A stretch of DNA of 56,718 bases, the filler included, from Sphacelaria rigidula (taxonomy: Eukaryota), in the NCBI GenBank assembly GCA_964200075.2. It is 7 parts of 7 records of this genome, joined end to end, with 100 filler letters (N's around TTAATTAATTAA, not from the genome) between each part and the next. Parts side by side here need not be neighbours in the genome. Positions count along the whole stretch, not along the records: positions 24,352 to 32,368 come from CAXNAA020012628.1; positions 32,469 to 40,485 come from CAXNAA020012629.1; 5 more parts are not named here. The stretch is one strand, 5' to 3'. Shown here in pieces: positions 24,711 through 37,905 of this stretch (the stretch's first letter is position 1; the number at the start of each line of letters is the position of its first letter). The notes under the pieces were generated by a model, which was given only the letters and a program-made list of their open reading frames with translations, was not told the origin of the DNA and did not search any database. A program made the position numbers and the translations under genes.

Positions 24711-26076
24711 GAGAGAAGGATGGAGAGGGTTTCAGCTTGGCTGCTCAGCAACCCGCATACTTTTATATGTTAACGGCGCTTATTCATACGTGTGAAATTG
24801 ACACGCGCCCCTCTCCTCCCCCGAACTGAAGAACGCCGACTCGGTGTTTTCGACTCAGCAGCGACGCGAGCGTGCGAATTTTACAAACTAGACGTTTGTT
24901 ATGTCCGATGTGCTAAGTCATCAATCGCACGCACGGTACTCCTCGCCATCACAAGAGTGGCAGCCAACCGGCGAGCCCGTTCAAAACGGGCCCGGTGTGT
25001 ACGTGTGTGTGTGCTGTGTGTTTTGATGCCATCACCTTCCCCCCCCCTGCCCTCCCCACGTTTTGAAATGACAGGTTTTTCGCGAAACTTGGCGATGTAC
25101 AGTATACCGCTCTACCGTATTTTATGACGCCCTTAATAAACCCTCACCGCCGTACCCCGCAAGCATCGCACGTGTGTGTTTGTGTGTGTTTGTGTGTGTA
25201 TGCCAAGTCAGGTGTCCAGGGCTATTGCTCATCGTAGGTATTTTCAACGAGAAGCGCTCCACACGCCTCGACGCTTGCTTCAACAAAGAAATATCGTGAC
25301 CACACCCCTTCCTCCCCGCGCGTTTCGCTTCCAATCCCTTTCTCCGTACCCGGCGATCGATTCGTGTTGCTCTACAGGTTTGGAGGCGATTGAGGTTTGT
25401 GCTGCCCGGGGGGCAAGCGTTTTGGCAAAATCACGAGTCTCAGGTGCTGCGTGGCAGTGCCGCAGTACTGCCTGATCGCCATGATGCGGGAACGGCGGAA
25501 AGTTCATTTTGGCTCTACCGGGCTGGGGGCAGGCGCCTGTCGATAGACGTTAAGGTGTGTGAGTGGTTGAGTGCTTGAGAGCATGGGCTTTGGGATTTAT
25601 ACCAAGAGCATCTACGTTTTTCGTAGCAAATCTTCACACGAATGTTCTAATTTGTAGAGTTCGAGAAATGAAACCGGAGGTAGAGATGGAACTATGTTCC
25701 ACTTCAAATATATGTACATGACCCACGTCCTCTATCCCCTTCTCTTTCGTGATATGGAGGAGCATGCGCATTTAGGCTGTGCAGCTTACCCAGTACAAAA
25801 ACCTTGCAATTTCGCGCTTGCCTAGACACGATGGTGCTCACCAGACCGGCCTGAAAAATGTGCAGTTGGCTCCTATACACGCCCATCTGTGTTCCCCCTT
25901 TGTTCCAGTCTATGCGTTTTTTTTTTTTTTTTTCTTTTTTTTTTTGCCAAATCGTCACCCAGACGGGCAGACATGAATGGCAAATCATTTATTGCTGCAC
26001 ACAACCGCAACTCTTTTCATGCAGCAAGCAGGCTTCAGGTTTCCGGCTATTTAGCCTACAACATGTCTCTACTTTC

Positions 26077-26141
26077 ATGTATGTATGTATGTATGTATGT
26101 ATGTATGTATGTATGTATGTATGTATGTATGTATGTATGTA
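26077..26141 (+). repeat. (TATG)n tetranucleotide microsatellite
   Basis: Direct reading. Confidence 0.95.
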
Positions 26142-26399
26142 TATAACCCTACGAGTACCTACACATGTCAAGATTGTACCTCTGATGCCCCCGTCGCCCA
26201 CTGGCCCTCCTGCCTGCCTGCTCCCCCTCCCCCACCCGGAAACGAGATACCAAAATCCCAGTAGTGTTCACCACTTGGCCGATTAGAACCTTCCTGGATT
26301 GTTATCACTTGATTTGAGTGTAAACACCGATATTCGGATCTTTATCGGGGCTGACAGCCCCAACTGCCCCTCGCGTGCGCAGAACGCGTGTTCGTCGAA

Positions 26400-26580
26400 A
26401 TCAGCACCTGCGACGCCGTTTTTGAGGTCTGCCAACGCCACGCTTTGCCTACGGAACGCTTCACACCTCCCTTGCCCGAGGATTCTCGGTATGCCTTGAG
26501 TTGGGGTTCGGGTTCGGGTTAGCGTTATTAAAAAAAAAATCCGAGAAAATTTCGTCATCGACCAAGTGGTAACCACACCT
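26400..26580 (+). repeat. Short dispersed repeat with a GGGTT-rich core; relatives at ~30400-30605 and ~34960-35050
   Basis: 'cccttgc.cgagg.ttctcggtatgccttg.gttgggg' is shared with 30488-30530. Confidence 0.6.
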
Positions 26581-26637
26581 CCAAAATCCACACAAATGTA
26601 TTCTGAACAAAATAAAAACGAACAGATCCCCGTACAG

Positions 26638-27543
26638 GATGCCCGGGAAGTGTCACGAGCTTCCTCGCCCATCGCCGACGTGTACGTCAGCTCGGACGAA
26701 GACGGTCCCGAGTCAGCCCAAAACGAGCAAGGCGGAGGCAGACTGAGGCGACGCTCCGATCCCTGGGGCCGCCGGCGCTCCTTCAAGTCCAGCCCGGAGA
26801 CGCTACGGAGCTCTGCGAAAGAATCCTTCCCTTCGACAGCCACTGCATCCTCGTGCCATGGTGATGAAAATCGTGGCGTGGGTGATAATGGTGAAAATGA
26901 TGATGAGATATTGACCTCTTCTGGTCCGGTCGACCACGCGAGAGCTCGTGATGCTCGTGGTGGTAGGTCGCCTGCACGAGATGAGAGGCAGGCGGGCTCG
27001 ACGGCAGCAAGGGAGCGGACGTCACAAGCAAGGAAGGAGTCCAATACGAATGCTGGCACAAGGAGGCGCGCGATCCCGGGGGATTTGCTCCTCCCCCACG
27101 AGAGGGAAAACGGCGCGACTTGGGCCGCGCAAGGTGAGGCAGGGAGCTGCCGGCGACGGGTCCACGGGGCTGCTCGGGGCAAAGACGTCGTAGCCGGAGC
27201 TACTGAAGAAAAAGTTGCAGCCCCATCCACCCTACCCGTAGCAGGCACGGGCGGAGATGCGGGCTCGCGAGGATTGGGGGGTGGAGAGCAGGGACACCGT
27301 AGGAGTCAATCGGTGTCGGGCACAAGCACCGAAACGGGATCTGCGGTGAGAACGAGAGAGGGGATGGGGCCAGGAGCAGAAACGTTGACGACGGCGGAGC
27401 CTACGAGGGCCGCGCTGCTTGGACGTGTGCGGCAGCTGGAGGATGAAATCGCGTCTCTGCGTCAAGCGATGGCGGAGGGTGGAAGTGCCGAAGGTGGTGA
27501 TGGTGGTGATGATGGCGGTGATGGCGGTGCTGTGGTAGTGTAG
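26638..27543 (+). CDS. Probable terminal exon (or single-exon ORF from ATG 26596) of a low-complexity G/S/R/E-rich protein with a short C-terminal coiled coil
   Basis: ~300 open GC-rich codons; in-frame acceptor gtacag|GAT; coiled-coil-like 'RAALLGRVRQLEDEIASLRQAM'. No family recognised. Confidence 0.55.
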   Translation, partial: DAREVSRASSPIADVYVSSDEDGPESAQNEQGGGRLRRRSDPWGRRRSFKSSPETLRSSAKESFPSTATASSCHGDENRGVGDNGENDDEILTSSGPVDHARARDARGGRSPARDERQAGSTAARERTSQARKESNTNAGTRRRAIPGDLLLPHERENGATWAAQGEAGSCRRRVHGAARGKDVVAGATEEKVAAPSTLPVAGTGGDAGSRGLGGGEQGHRRSQSVSGTSTETGSAVRTREGMGPGAETLTTAEPTRAALLGRVRQLEDEIASLRQAMAEGGSAEGGDGGDDGGDGGAVVV

Positions 27544-29232
27544 GGGCCGCGAGGATTTTTCAGAAATTGGGCAGTTTGTTCTTCGCGGTTTTGCTTCTTC
27601 CGTTTTTTTTCCGTGCTGTTTTCCCTCGGTTAATAGTAGGGTCCGTCGGAAACCCAGGGCGGAGAAAATAGTTGATTTCCATTGTGGACCATTCATCGTA
27701 TTCAGATCTATTTGGGGTTTATGGTCTCTCGCGCTCGCCCAGCGTGCTCCGTACGCGTTTTTCATTACATTGGCGCGGGCCGCGCCGACGTGAGCTGTGC
27801 CAAAGCACACTTTGCCCGGAACGTTCGCCATATGTAGTCCACTCGTCCAGGGTTTTTGGTATGCCTTCGGTTGCGGTTTGTGTTACGGAGTGTGACCTCC
27901 AAGTTGGACAAAAACGAAGCGTGTGTTCAGCTGTAAACATGGGGGAGACGGTCGCGGTCGGGAAGAACGTCCCTTATGTTCGTTCTTTGTTTTCTTCACT
28001 TTTTTGGGAGAGGGGGAAGGGGGGACGGTGAAAATATTCACGTTAAAACTACCGTTCTTGTACCGTGCGTATGTTTGAGGGCACGCGTGTTTCTTGTCAG
28101 CGAGAGGCGACGGGCGTTCGATGTGTGCTCAAGATCAGCTTCTCCTCGGGGCGTGATGAGGCAGCTGCCGCATGCCTCATGTCTATGTCTTATGACCATG
28201 GATAGAAGAGTACCCGTGGATGCTGAGCGACGTGGACCATATAGGGACTTTTTTTTCTCCTCATTTTGTTTCTGTACGCGTTCTTCTAATGGATGATACA
28301 GCGAGAGGGAGTCAGCGGTAAGTGGGGATATGGTGGTAACATGGTGAGGCTTGGGCAAGCCAAAAGTATGAGCAAGTTTCGTAGCGGGGGATTGTTGAAT
28401 GTTGGTTCATTACTTGGGCCCTGTTGGAGAAAATTCGGTGTGGTGCGGTAATGTGCGGGGGGTATTGTGCGGGGCGTTTTTTGTTTAGCCTCTTTGGTTT
28501 ACAGAGTTACAATACATACCTCGGTTGGTTTTTTGTGTCGCCACGTGTTCTCATGTATTTCGTGAATCTGTGGTTTTGACGAAAATGCGTAAGATTTTGC
28601 GTGCTCCTCCTGAAGCACTTGGATTTTGTTTTTTTTTTGTTTTTTTTCAAGCAGTATTTAGCCCAGTGTATGCACTAAAATAAGTTTTCCCATCTTGTGA
28701 GTAGAAATGTGGTCGCTTCACGATGGGAAATTTTGGTATTCTGGCCTGGTTGGTGATCATATAGTGGTTACTTTGCGACCATGTGGGGCTGTGTGGTGCA
28801 CGTGTGGGTTTGTGTACTTCGTGTGCGGATTTTACGTTGTATATTGCACGTTTGGATTTACGCTTGTCCGAGCGTGGGGAGAAATGATCGGATCTTTGCC
28901 AGTCAGGAGCATGTATCCCACACGTACCTGGAATTCCGGATGCGGATAGCTATTTTAGTTTCTCCTTCGAAAAAATTGAGGTTGCTCGCTTCACGACATG
29001 GACGAATCACCAACATGTTTGTAAGAGTCGTACCAATCTTACGTTTGCACGCGAGAGATGGAGCATGTGGGCCCCGTGTTTCAAGTAGATTGTGTTTTTT
29101 TTTTCGGTCATGATTTAGTTAACAAAAAATCGTTGGTTTTTGGGTGTGTGTGTATACACACCGCAATTAATTTAATCCGCAAACAAGAAAAACATATGCG
29201 TTTTAACGTTGGGCTACTTCTCTCTCTCTCTC

Positions 29233-29269
<37 letters not shown>

Positions 29270-29716
29270 TAGTGGCGTCATGCCGCCGCGCCCCGCTCGT
29301 CTAAATGAAGAGTAATAAATAAATAAAACATCTGGTACAACTGTAATCTGTCAAGGCACGATTAAGGGTTAGAATTCCCGCATATGCTTATGGGGCTTCT
29401 ACGATTAGTTTCTGGTTTCCATCCTTGAAAACGTAAGGATGCGAGCAGCAAATAAAAAACAAAATGATGAGAGTCGACGGGGTGCGAAAATCCGATCCGA
29501 TTCGCGATTCCAAAGTGTAAGGCGTGTGCTGGGCGAGATATGGGTCAGTCCTTGAAAACTACGCAGTTGTCCTAAGGAAGCGGAGGGGTTAGACATGTGG
29601 CGAATGTATTACCATGTATATGGTACATACACACGATCGAAGTATCAAAGCGCTATATCGTACTTGCTTATGCTCGGGAATCTTCAATTGCTGGGTTGTC
29701 GACCCTTCGCCCATGA

Positions 29717-30090
29717 CGCAGTGTATATGTAACTCGTGGCTGTCTCTGAAAATGTCGACATCATAAAATGAAGCAACTTATTGTCGGCTGTCATCCACAC
29801 GCAAGACAAGCAGTACGCTTCGGGCCGAACGATCTTAACAAGATGCAGCTCGCCCTTCATTCGCCGAACACATCATGGTACTTCGCGCTTGGTGATTGCG
29901 AGCGTGGTCCGGCGAAACCCCGGCGTGCTCCGTCCCGGCTTTATAGGGATATAAGGTCAATGGTTTCATGACTACGGCTTGCAAGATCATGAGGACCCCC
30001 CCCCCCCCCCACCCCCTCCCCCCACCTTTTCAGGTCAATGGTCTTATGACTACGGCATGCAAGACAATGAGTACCCCCACCCCTTCACCC
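29717..30090 (+). mobile_element. Family B copy with a tandemly duplicated 3' end and C-rich tails
   Basis: 3' end at ~29945-29995 plus C run; second 3' end at 30032-30075 plus C run. Confidence 0.8.
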
Positions 30091-31059
30091 CTTGGCTGGA
30101 GACAAGAAATAAAAGACATATTGATGGCAGTTATCACCGCGAAGCAGCCGAAGATTCTCTTCCGACCGAGGACACATACCGCAACGAACGATATACTTGG
30201 GACAAACGTGCTCAAGATTTTTATTTGATGTTTTGGCTTACTCGTCTCTGCTGCCCTGGCATGTGCAACTGGACTTCACGCGAACTGGTCGACGAAATCT
30301 GTGGTGAGGCAACTACTTGTTTGCAGTGCAGGCTACAAAATCCAGATCTTCTAGGGCTGACAGTCCCAGGTGTCCGCACATCGAAACGTGCCAAGACTCA
30401 TTTTCGCTCAGATACGCGCCTACAGAGCCGGCGGGGATTTAAGCTTCATGTCAACCGTACACTTTCCCTTGGACCTCATATCCATGCCCCTTGCTCGAGG
30501 GTTCTCGGTATGCCTTGGGTTGGGGTCGAGTTGAGACTTGAAAAAAAAAGAAGGTATGGTTTAACCACGGAAACTGGCGACCAGTTTCCAGTCAAGGTGG
30601 CACCTACTTACCCTTGTGTATGCCATAAGCGTGCGTACTTGCTATGGTGATTGTTTTTGGTCCCTCGGGAGCAGATCCTCTTGGTAGATGGGCTGGTTGT
30701 CACACGTGCAGTTATTGATACCCGAGGGATCCCGTCGTGGTCATTGTCCACAAGGTGGACGTTACTGTCAGGGCCTGGCAGATTTGGCATGCCTGAGGTC
30801 TTGCTCGAGAGGCCAAGTTCAAGAACAGGTTGGTTGAGACGGTGTTCGTCGCCTGAGATGCCTTTTTTTAGCAACAGAAAGTACGCGATTAACGGGACGA
30901 AGGACCCGTAAACCACAACCGTTTGCCGCGAACTAGGCCCTCATCGATGAGAGCGCCGTAGGCTGTGGGGAACTCTCTTCAGTGGAGGGTTAGGCTGTGG
31001 AATATGCCAATATATATCTGGCTGTTTGTGGAATATGGTAATATGTCATCCTGCGATAG

Positions 31060-31640
31060 GGGAGAGAAGGGGGTGGGGGGCGTACTCATTTGTTGCCTTA
31101 GTCGCTTGACCATTGACCACGCATCCCTTTCGAGACAAGGGGGCGGGGGCGTAATTATTTGTTGCTTGCCTTAGTATTTGACCACTGACCACGCACCCCT
31201 TTCGAAATTGAGCATAGGCGGCGAGGGGGGGGGAACGGGGGGGCGAGCTCATTTGTTGCTTGCCTTAGTCGTTTGACCATTGACCACGCATCCCTTTCGA
31301 GACGGAGCACCGTTCCTACTCCTAATACAGATACCTCCAACGTTCCGGCGCTCATAACGTTTCTTCCATACATTGAACAAAAACATTTTACTCATCTTAT
31401 CCCCGTCCTGTTTCGCCGCCTATGACCACCATCTATTTCCTCGTATAGCCATTGTTTTCTCCCTACCGCCTGATGCATCAAAAGATTTCATGTCACCTTC
31501 GTTCACGTCCCGCATTTTCCCCTCTAGCACGTCCCATTCCTCCTTGTATAGGTCACATTCTGCCACTACATGACTTCTGCTTTCTATTGCTTTGCAACAG
31601 AGGCAGTTCTGTGCATCTACTTCCTCCTCCACACGACCAC
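31060..31640 (-). mobile_element. 5'-truncated LINE ('family A'): ORF2 C-terminal zinc-knuckle region and 3' end, terminal ~55 nt triplicated
   Basis: Minus-strand 'EEEVDAQNCLCCKAIESRSHVVAECDLYKEEW' fits the C-x-C-x7-H-x4-C knuckle of non-LTR RT C-termini. 3' units at 31086-31137, 31155-31206 and 31248-31302. Confidence 0.8.
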
Positions 31641-32010
31641 TGGTATATATATATATATATCACTTTCTTCTCTCTGGCAGGTCCAGGATCCCCACCCGAG
31701 ATCGCAATTCCAATAGCGGCGAGGGGGGGCAGGGGGGTTGGTGCCACGAAAAAACAGACTCGTGTGTGTGTCGGGCGACCTAGCACACTCGCGATGCGCT
31801 TGTATGCGAATGAAAACGGTGTCAAGCAGTGTGAATGAGTGTTTCTTATCGGTAATAAGCGCATTCGAAAAACCGTCGCCGCTTTCAACGGCGATTTGAA
31901 GTCGAATTTCGTGGACAATACTGCCCAACACGCCCTCCCCCCCGCCCCTTCGCCTGCTTCGGCGAGAACACGGCGTGCTTCGTCCCGGCTTTGTGGGGGC
32001 GGCCCCCCGA

Positions 32011-32368
32011 TGGGGTTGGCGTCGGTTGGCGATGACGCTATACAATACGCCACTCCCTGCGGAAGCTAGGCAACCAGGTTACCCTTCTTTTGGGTGCGCT
32101 TGCGCGTTTTTTGCGGTAACCATCATGGTAATCGAGCTAGGTCATGCTGTGCGGCGTGGGCGAGCCTCAACTCCGCACAATGGGGATGATCGTACCACGT
32201 GGTGTTCAAATGGTGAGGCACGCATAAGGTATTGTGTAAGCCGTGGCTGTCTCTGGAAGTGGCAACACCAGAAAATAAAGCAACTCATTGTAGGCTGTCA
32301 TCCAAATGCAAGATAATCAGTGGGCTTCGGGTCGACCAATCTTAGCAAGGTGCAGCTCATCCTTCATG
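32011..32368 (+). mobile_element. Family B copy truncated by scaffold end
   Basis: Colinear with 8801-9150. Confidence 0.8.
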
Positions 32369-32676
32369 NNNNNNNNNNNNNNNNNNNNNNNNNNNNNNNN
32401 NNNNNNNNNNNNTTAATTAATTAANNNNNNNNNNNNNNNNNNNNNNNNNNNNNNNNNNNNNNNNNNNNGAGGGGGGGGGGGGGGGGGGGAGGGGAGGGGG
32501 GAGAAGGGGGGGGGGGCGGCGGGGGGGGGGGGGGGGGGGGGGGGGGGCTTCAGCGCCCAACAGAATTGGTCATCGAGTAGATGCTATTTTTCAATCAATC
32601 CTTGCATATCGCACATTGAAAATATGGAAAATGTGAAAACTTTGCATTCCTGGATCGCTGCGAGAAGCTGACTTTT

Positions 32677-32927
32677 CCCCACGTCGAACAAGTCATTAGC
32701 TACCTCCAACATTCAGTCGAAGGCGACTCTCAGATGCGTTGACCAATAACCATCGACACAAAACACGTGACAAGTGAGGTCCGAGAGGCCAAAGCGCTAC
32801 CTTTGTGCTCCTCCGCGTGCCCGGCGTCCAGCCTTACAGGAAGGAAGCAACTATGAAAAAAGGGCCCAAATGAGCTGGCTCATGTTGCGGATTATCAAGT
32901 TACGTAGCTCATGAGCTCTCCGACGTG
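32677..32927. mobile_element. MITE, same family as 6661-6927
   Basis: TIR-like ends ccacgtcgaacaagtcattagctac / gtagctcatgagctctccgacgtgtgg. Confidence 0.65.
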
Positions 32928-33067
32928 TGGACGTTTTCCTATCGAGCTTGACTGACACGCACTTTGCGCCCAGGCCTTTTACCGGCAAGGTATGTGCTTC
33001 AACTCAGCCGACATCGTCTTTAATCGGAAAATGACTTGACAAGAGCCACACGTCCATCTGTGGCGTT

Positions 33068-36000
33068 TCAGGAGTCAAGGAAGCACGGTTTTGTTGGATG
33101 TAATGGTGGCAAAATCACTATCTGTAATTTATCATCGAGTTCCAGCTCCAAGTACAGTGATTCCAAGATGAGAAAGATATGTACGACGTCTCCACCCTCA
33201 GCTGTCGATGTCTGTTGTTCTCATACCCCGTAAGCAAAGTGGAAAATGTCGTTGGATGTACTCAATCGCTGAATATGGTGAAACCCCGTGAGTTACAACA
33301 TCACTGAAATATGGCAGAGACGGCGATTCTGCCAACCAACATGTATTGATATCAACAACATCATCAACAGCTTTTCCAAGTCAAGCTACGTGTACATCAA
33401 GACTGACAAACCGCTCCAAATGTTGACAAAAAGAAAAGGCACATCGACGACCGACGACATGAACCACATAACTTTGGTGGAATACGAGAAACATTGCTGC
33501 CTGGCAAGAGAACGATTGGTAACACCCACATCTGGCAGGTCGACGGCAGCCTCGAGTTCGTTTGTTCCCCCTTGGAAGCCCTCAGTGTATATTAGCTCCC
33601 CGTGTGACTCCACCAGGCAGATGTAGGCGTGAGGCATTGGCGGGTCGTAGTCGAGAAGGTAGCCCTCCACTACACACTCGTTGTTGACGCAGAACTCCAA
33701 GGTATTCCAGCCGAAGTTCACCTCAACGCTGCAGACCACAAATACAATCATGACAGCGAAGCAATAGCGATACCCATATCATCCGTTGATGATCTCAACG
33801 TTGATCTCGACTCAAAATGAAATAAACTCAACGGAGTGATGCTACGGTAGGGGTGCTCGAACTTTTTTCTGAGGTTACAATCGTTGGGAGGCCTATATCT
33901 CATCCCGAACACGACTTTTGAAATACGTGGGAGTACGCGAGGATTACTATCCCAATGTCCGAGGGATATCCCGCACGAATTTGCAAACGGGGATGCCCTC
34001 ACCCATATTCTTGTACAATCTAGATTCGTTAGGAGCCCCTGAATCAGACAAGATTCCGCGCGAAAAGTGCACCCCTACCGTAGCATTGCTCAAAGGAAAA
34101 AACGGATCGTGGAAATCGCGATGATGGAATCCTCACCCCGGCTGCACCTACGCACTGCACAGTACGGAGAGATTAGAACCACTAACATAGTTGCTCTTCA
34201 GCTTGTCACAACGTTTCCTGTCAAGTTGGTGCTATTGGCGACACCACTACTACCCGCCGACAAGGCGGGTTCGGCAATATCCCGGGTGTTCGCCTTCCGG
34301 TGAGACAACATACTCACATAATTCTACTGTGAGCCTACTAGGATGTACTGAGACGAGTAATTATTTTGTTCTGAACGTAAGCTAGCAAACTTCCGACCAA
34401 GGATCTTAAACCATGTACCGTACGATGCAAGCCCCGGGTGAAAAAATTACTGCTGCCGTGTACAGCAAAAATCACAAGAACACTTCGCGTCCCCGACAAA
34501 AATAGCAACACATTTCCGCGGGATCCCTCAACAGAACAATATGGATTGGTGCCATTCGTACCGCGACTTCATCCGTGTGTGTCCAACAAAAACAGCAACA
34601 GCAACAACGACGACCCGTGTCCTGCGTTCGGCCAAAGCTCCTACCTGAGATAGAAGTTTTCGATACGGGCAGTGGGGCTAGCCTCGTCATAAATAACTAG
34701 CTCGGGCTCCTCCGGCTGCACCACGTCGGAAAACATCGCCAGGTGCACCGTTGTGGTCGCATTTCCTACAATGGTGTACAATGACGCGCAATGACCAAGT
34801 GTCCACACATGCAACAACAAAAAAGCATCGCCACGAACGCATGCGGTCGAAAAACACGAAATGGGCGTTGACAAACGTAAAGTACGTACGTCACAGCACA
34901 CACACACACTATCACACGAGACGTCAAAAGCGAGTCATTCACATCTATCGTGGGCACTCACGTCACCTGCAGTGCGGTGCATGAACGTGGCTTTGGGTTA
35001 TGGCTAGGGTTGGGGTCAAGGTTAGGCACAACAGCGGGAAAACAGTAACGTACAGATGGATTCCAACAAAAGTGCAGAACTACGCAAGCCCGGCATGATC
35101 ACACTATCTTGGGACCCCGCCGCACCATGCTTGTATAATGGATCGGACCCGTGAGTCGCTCAGCTTAACCCGTACTGTGGTATAATTTCTCCTGTCTGTA
35201 TGCCGTCAGCTACCAGCTGGCTGAAATACTGCCAGATGCGTCTCGTTTTTTGTCCCCGCAGCTATCTGATCGTCTTCGCTAAGAGCGTGAGGACTTGAGT
35301 GAGTGTTAAAAAGGGTCCGTTTGTCCGAGTTTGTTAGACGACAATCGACGCGGTGCGGGAGAGCTGATCCAATCCTCCATCTATTCCAAAATGTGAGGCG
35401 TGTGTCGGGCGAGGGGAGGACCGATACCAGCTAGCCGGGCAAGAAAACCGCGCATTGAGTCAGATGGCTTCAGTATCTTTTCATCTTTTAAACGGCAGCA
35501 ATTCAGGGTAAGCTTTGCATAGCGTTTTAATATCAACAGTCGCCCCCTTGAGGCGCGTACGTGTAGCCATCCAGTCTGGGACTCCGCTATGGAGCTGTCA
35601 TGAAGCTCGCACCTTCGTGTTTGCTGTCTTGCACAATAGTCATAGTGCCAGGTATTTTTGATGTATATTTTAGAACATCCCATTTTTCAAAAACCCCAAT
35701 TTGGACAGTGCCAGTGGCCGTTTGGTCTAGTAAAGTGTAGTCTAGTGTGGTCTGGTGTGTACCTCCCGAGGCGAGAAATAGGAAAGCGGTCAAGATTTCA
35801 TTCACATGGTAACTTCGGAAGTTCTTTTCGACGAAACCCCAAGACCTCATTTTGGATGGATCTTAAGTCTATCTTGTACGCAGGGCGATCTTTGTGTGAA
35901 TATCTGCAAATGTGGGCACGCTGGGCTTACTTCTACTTCTTGATGTTAAGACTTTCAATTCGACACGGGACGGGGCAAGTAACCGGCGGACACAGACATT

Positions 36001-37300
36001 TCACGAGCGCATTCTTCCCGCCGTTTTTTTTTTTCTTCGCCGAGGCACGAGATACGAAATACGAGATACGAGATATCAGATACGGCTTACCCGACGTTTG
36101 CAACGGATGAAACCCCAAGGTTGGTCGGCACGAAATGAAATGAGAGGGCATCCGCGGAATGCGTCGGCGAAGTCGCCCGTCACGCGAGGAAAGAGGGGGG
36201 AGGGGGAGGGGGGTTCCTACACTCGTTATGTTCTTCTACACAACGCACAGTGTTTCCACCTTTGACACCATTTTCATGACGAGACTGCGATTCGTAACAC
36301 CTTAGTGCAACACAGGTACATGTGTGACGATCCCCCCTTTTGCAACACTTCCTCGGCAACATCAGAATGACAGACCGTGCTTCGTTCCGGACATGAGCCA
36401 GTCACAACTCTAGACACAAGCTTCGTGTGCAGAGCGGGTATAAAGCGCACACGTGAAGTAAAAAGGGAATCAGTCATGACCGGACAACCCTACCTTCATT
36501 GGACATGGTGAGCACCACGTTTGTTGGGTTAATCAAGACATCTGCTGTCAAGTCCACCGATGTAATATTGCCGTACCCAAGCTCCGGGAACACACAAATT
36601 TCTTCTTCATCCGGTACGTCAACCGACGGTCGCTTGAGCTGTGCAAAAGGTTTAGGATGTATCGCACCGGACAGGAAAACAAGGCAAAAAGTCAAACATA
36701 TTCAGTCGTTAGAGTACAGCAAACATGGCTTCAGTGAAAGAGCAATAGCGATAGCTACAGCGGAGGATAGAACAGTGTTGCAAAGAGGGGTACAATGCAA
36801 GCATTAGAAAGCACAGCACACAGCACACACTATCTTCGCAAAGGGGAAAAGTGTAGTGGACAGTACAATATGTTGGACCGTTGAGCTCTTGACACTTCCT
36901 TTACACTCGAGGTTCGTACTGTACATACACACCATACACAATTGTGGATCGTGTCCGACGCACCGGACTAGTGTGCTCTCTGTACAAACATCATTGCATA
37001 ATCAATTCCATAGCCATGTTCTTGTTCAACGAGAAAATGGAGGCAGCGATTCGTATCGTCGAGTGAAATGCTTCCGTGGTACTTGTAGCGACTGCGGTAT
37101 GCGCTTCCGAGAATAGACGCCGGACACCTCTCATGACACCTTCCACGTACCGGGGAAACTGCACTGTACTTCGCCGACCACCAACCACAAACACGGGACG
37201 TCGTACCTCCATTATCGCAGCCCAAGGCTCGCAACAACCAAAGCGCAAGGGCAGAAACTAAATAATAAAGAATGCTTGACTCATGAATAGCCTGCAACAT
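33068..37300 (-). CDS. Complete-looking 5-exon gene for an unknown 252-aa, probably secreted protein; exons 37300-37151, 36638-36494, 34765-34645, 33728-33530, 33211-33068
   Basis: All four introns are GT-AG and phase-compatible (0,1,2,0). Exons total 759 nt with no internal stop. Hydrophobic N-terminus 'MLQAIHESSILYYLVSALALWLLRALG'. The three internal exons are best supported. Confidence 0.7.
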
Positions 37301-37905
37301 CGCGCGGCAAACAAATGCTTACGAGTACAAACATGTGCAATTTTGGGAAATGCTGGTCGGCGATTGGCAGCGTTCCACGCAAGCGCTACACATATCACCG
37401 GCTCCTTCGCACACATGTCGACTGGTCAACCCGTGCCCGCACTCTTCATTCGTTTTCGTGCACCGACCCATCAATACCACACTCTGCATGGGGGAAAATA
37501 TTGTCAACCTATATGCCGAATGCTCGAGTAAGATTTTCGTTTGTAGTTTATTTCCACGGGAATTACGCACTGCCATTTGGGCAAGTCGCGCATGCGTCTA
37601 ACCAACCATCCCCCGTTTTATAACCTGTTATACCCCACAAGAGGAACACGTGTGGTCGTTCGTAGCTCCGAGTCTCATTATTATTATTTCCGCGCATTAG
37701 CCCTGGTAGTAAGACATGTGCTAGAACGAGGGGATATAGTAGTCAGCATCAGATGTTTTCAGAATTCGTAGTTGTTGTAGTTTTCGAGTTTTTTTCGAGT
37801 ACTGTTCTTCATTACTACTTGAAATTGCTAGCGCCAGTAGAGTTACGGACAAAGCGTAGGCCGCGCTCAAACTGCAGTGCCTAAGCTGGTCTTTTTGGAA
37901 CGACA

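Noticed and set aside
26500-26528. Telomere-like GGGTT(C/A) repeats
   Set aside because: Only about 3 degenerate units inside a dispersed repeat; not a telomere.
33036-34400. Plus-strand Cys-containing ORF fragments suggesting a viral or env-like gene
   Set aside because: Broken by many stops and better explained as antisense to the spliced minus-strand gene.
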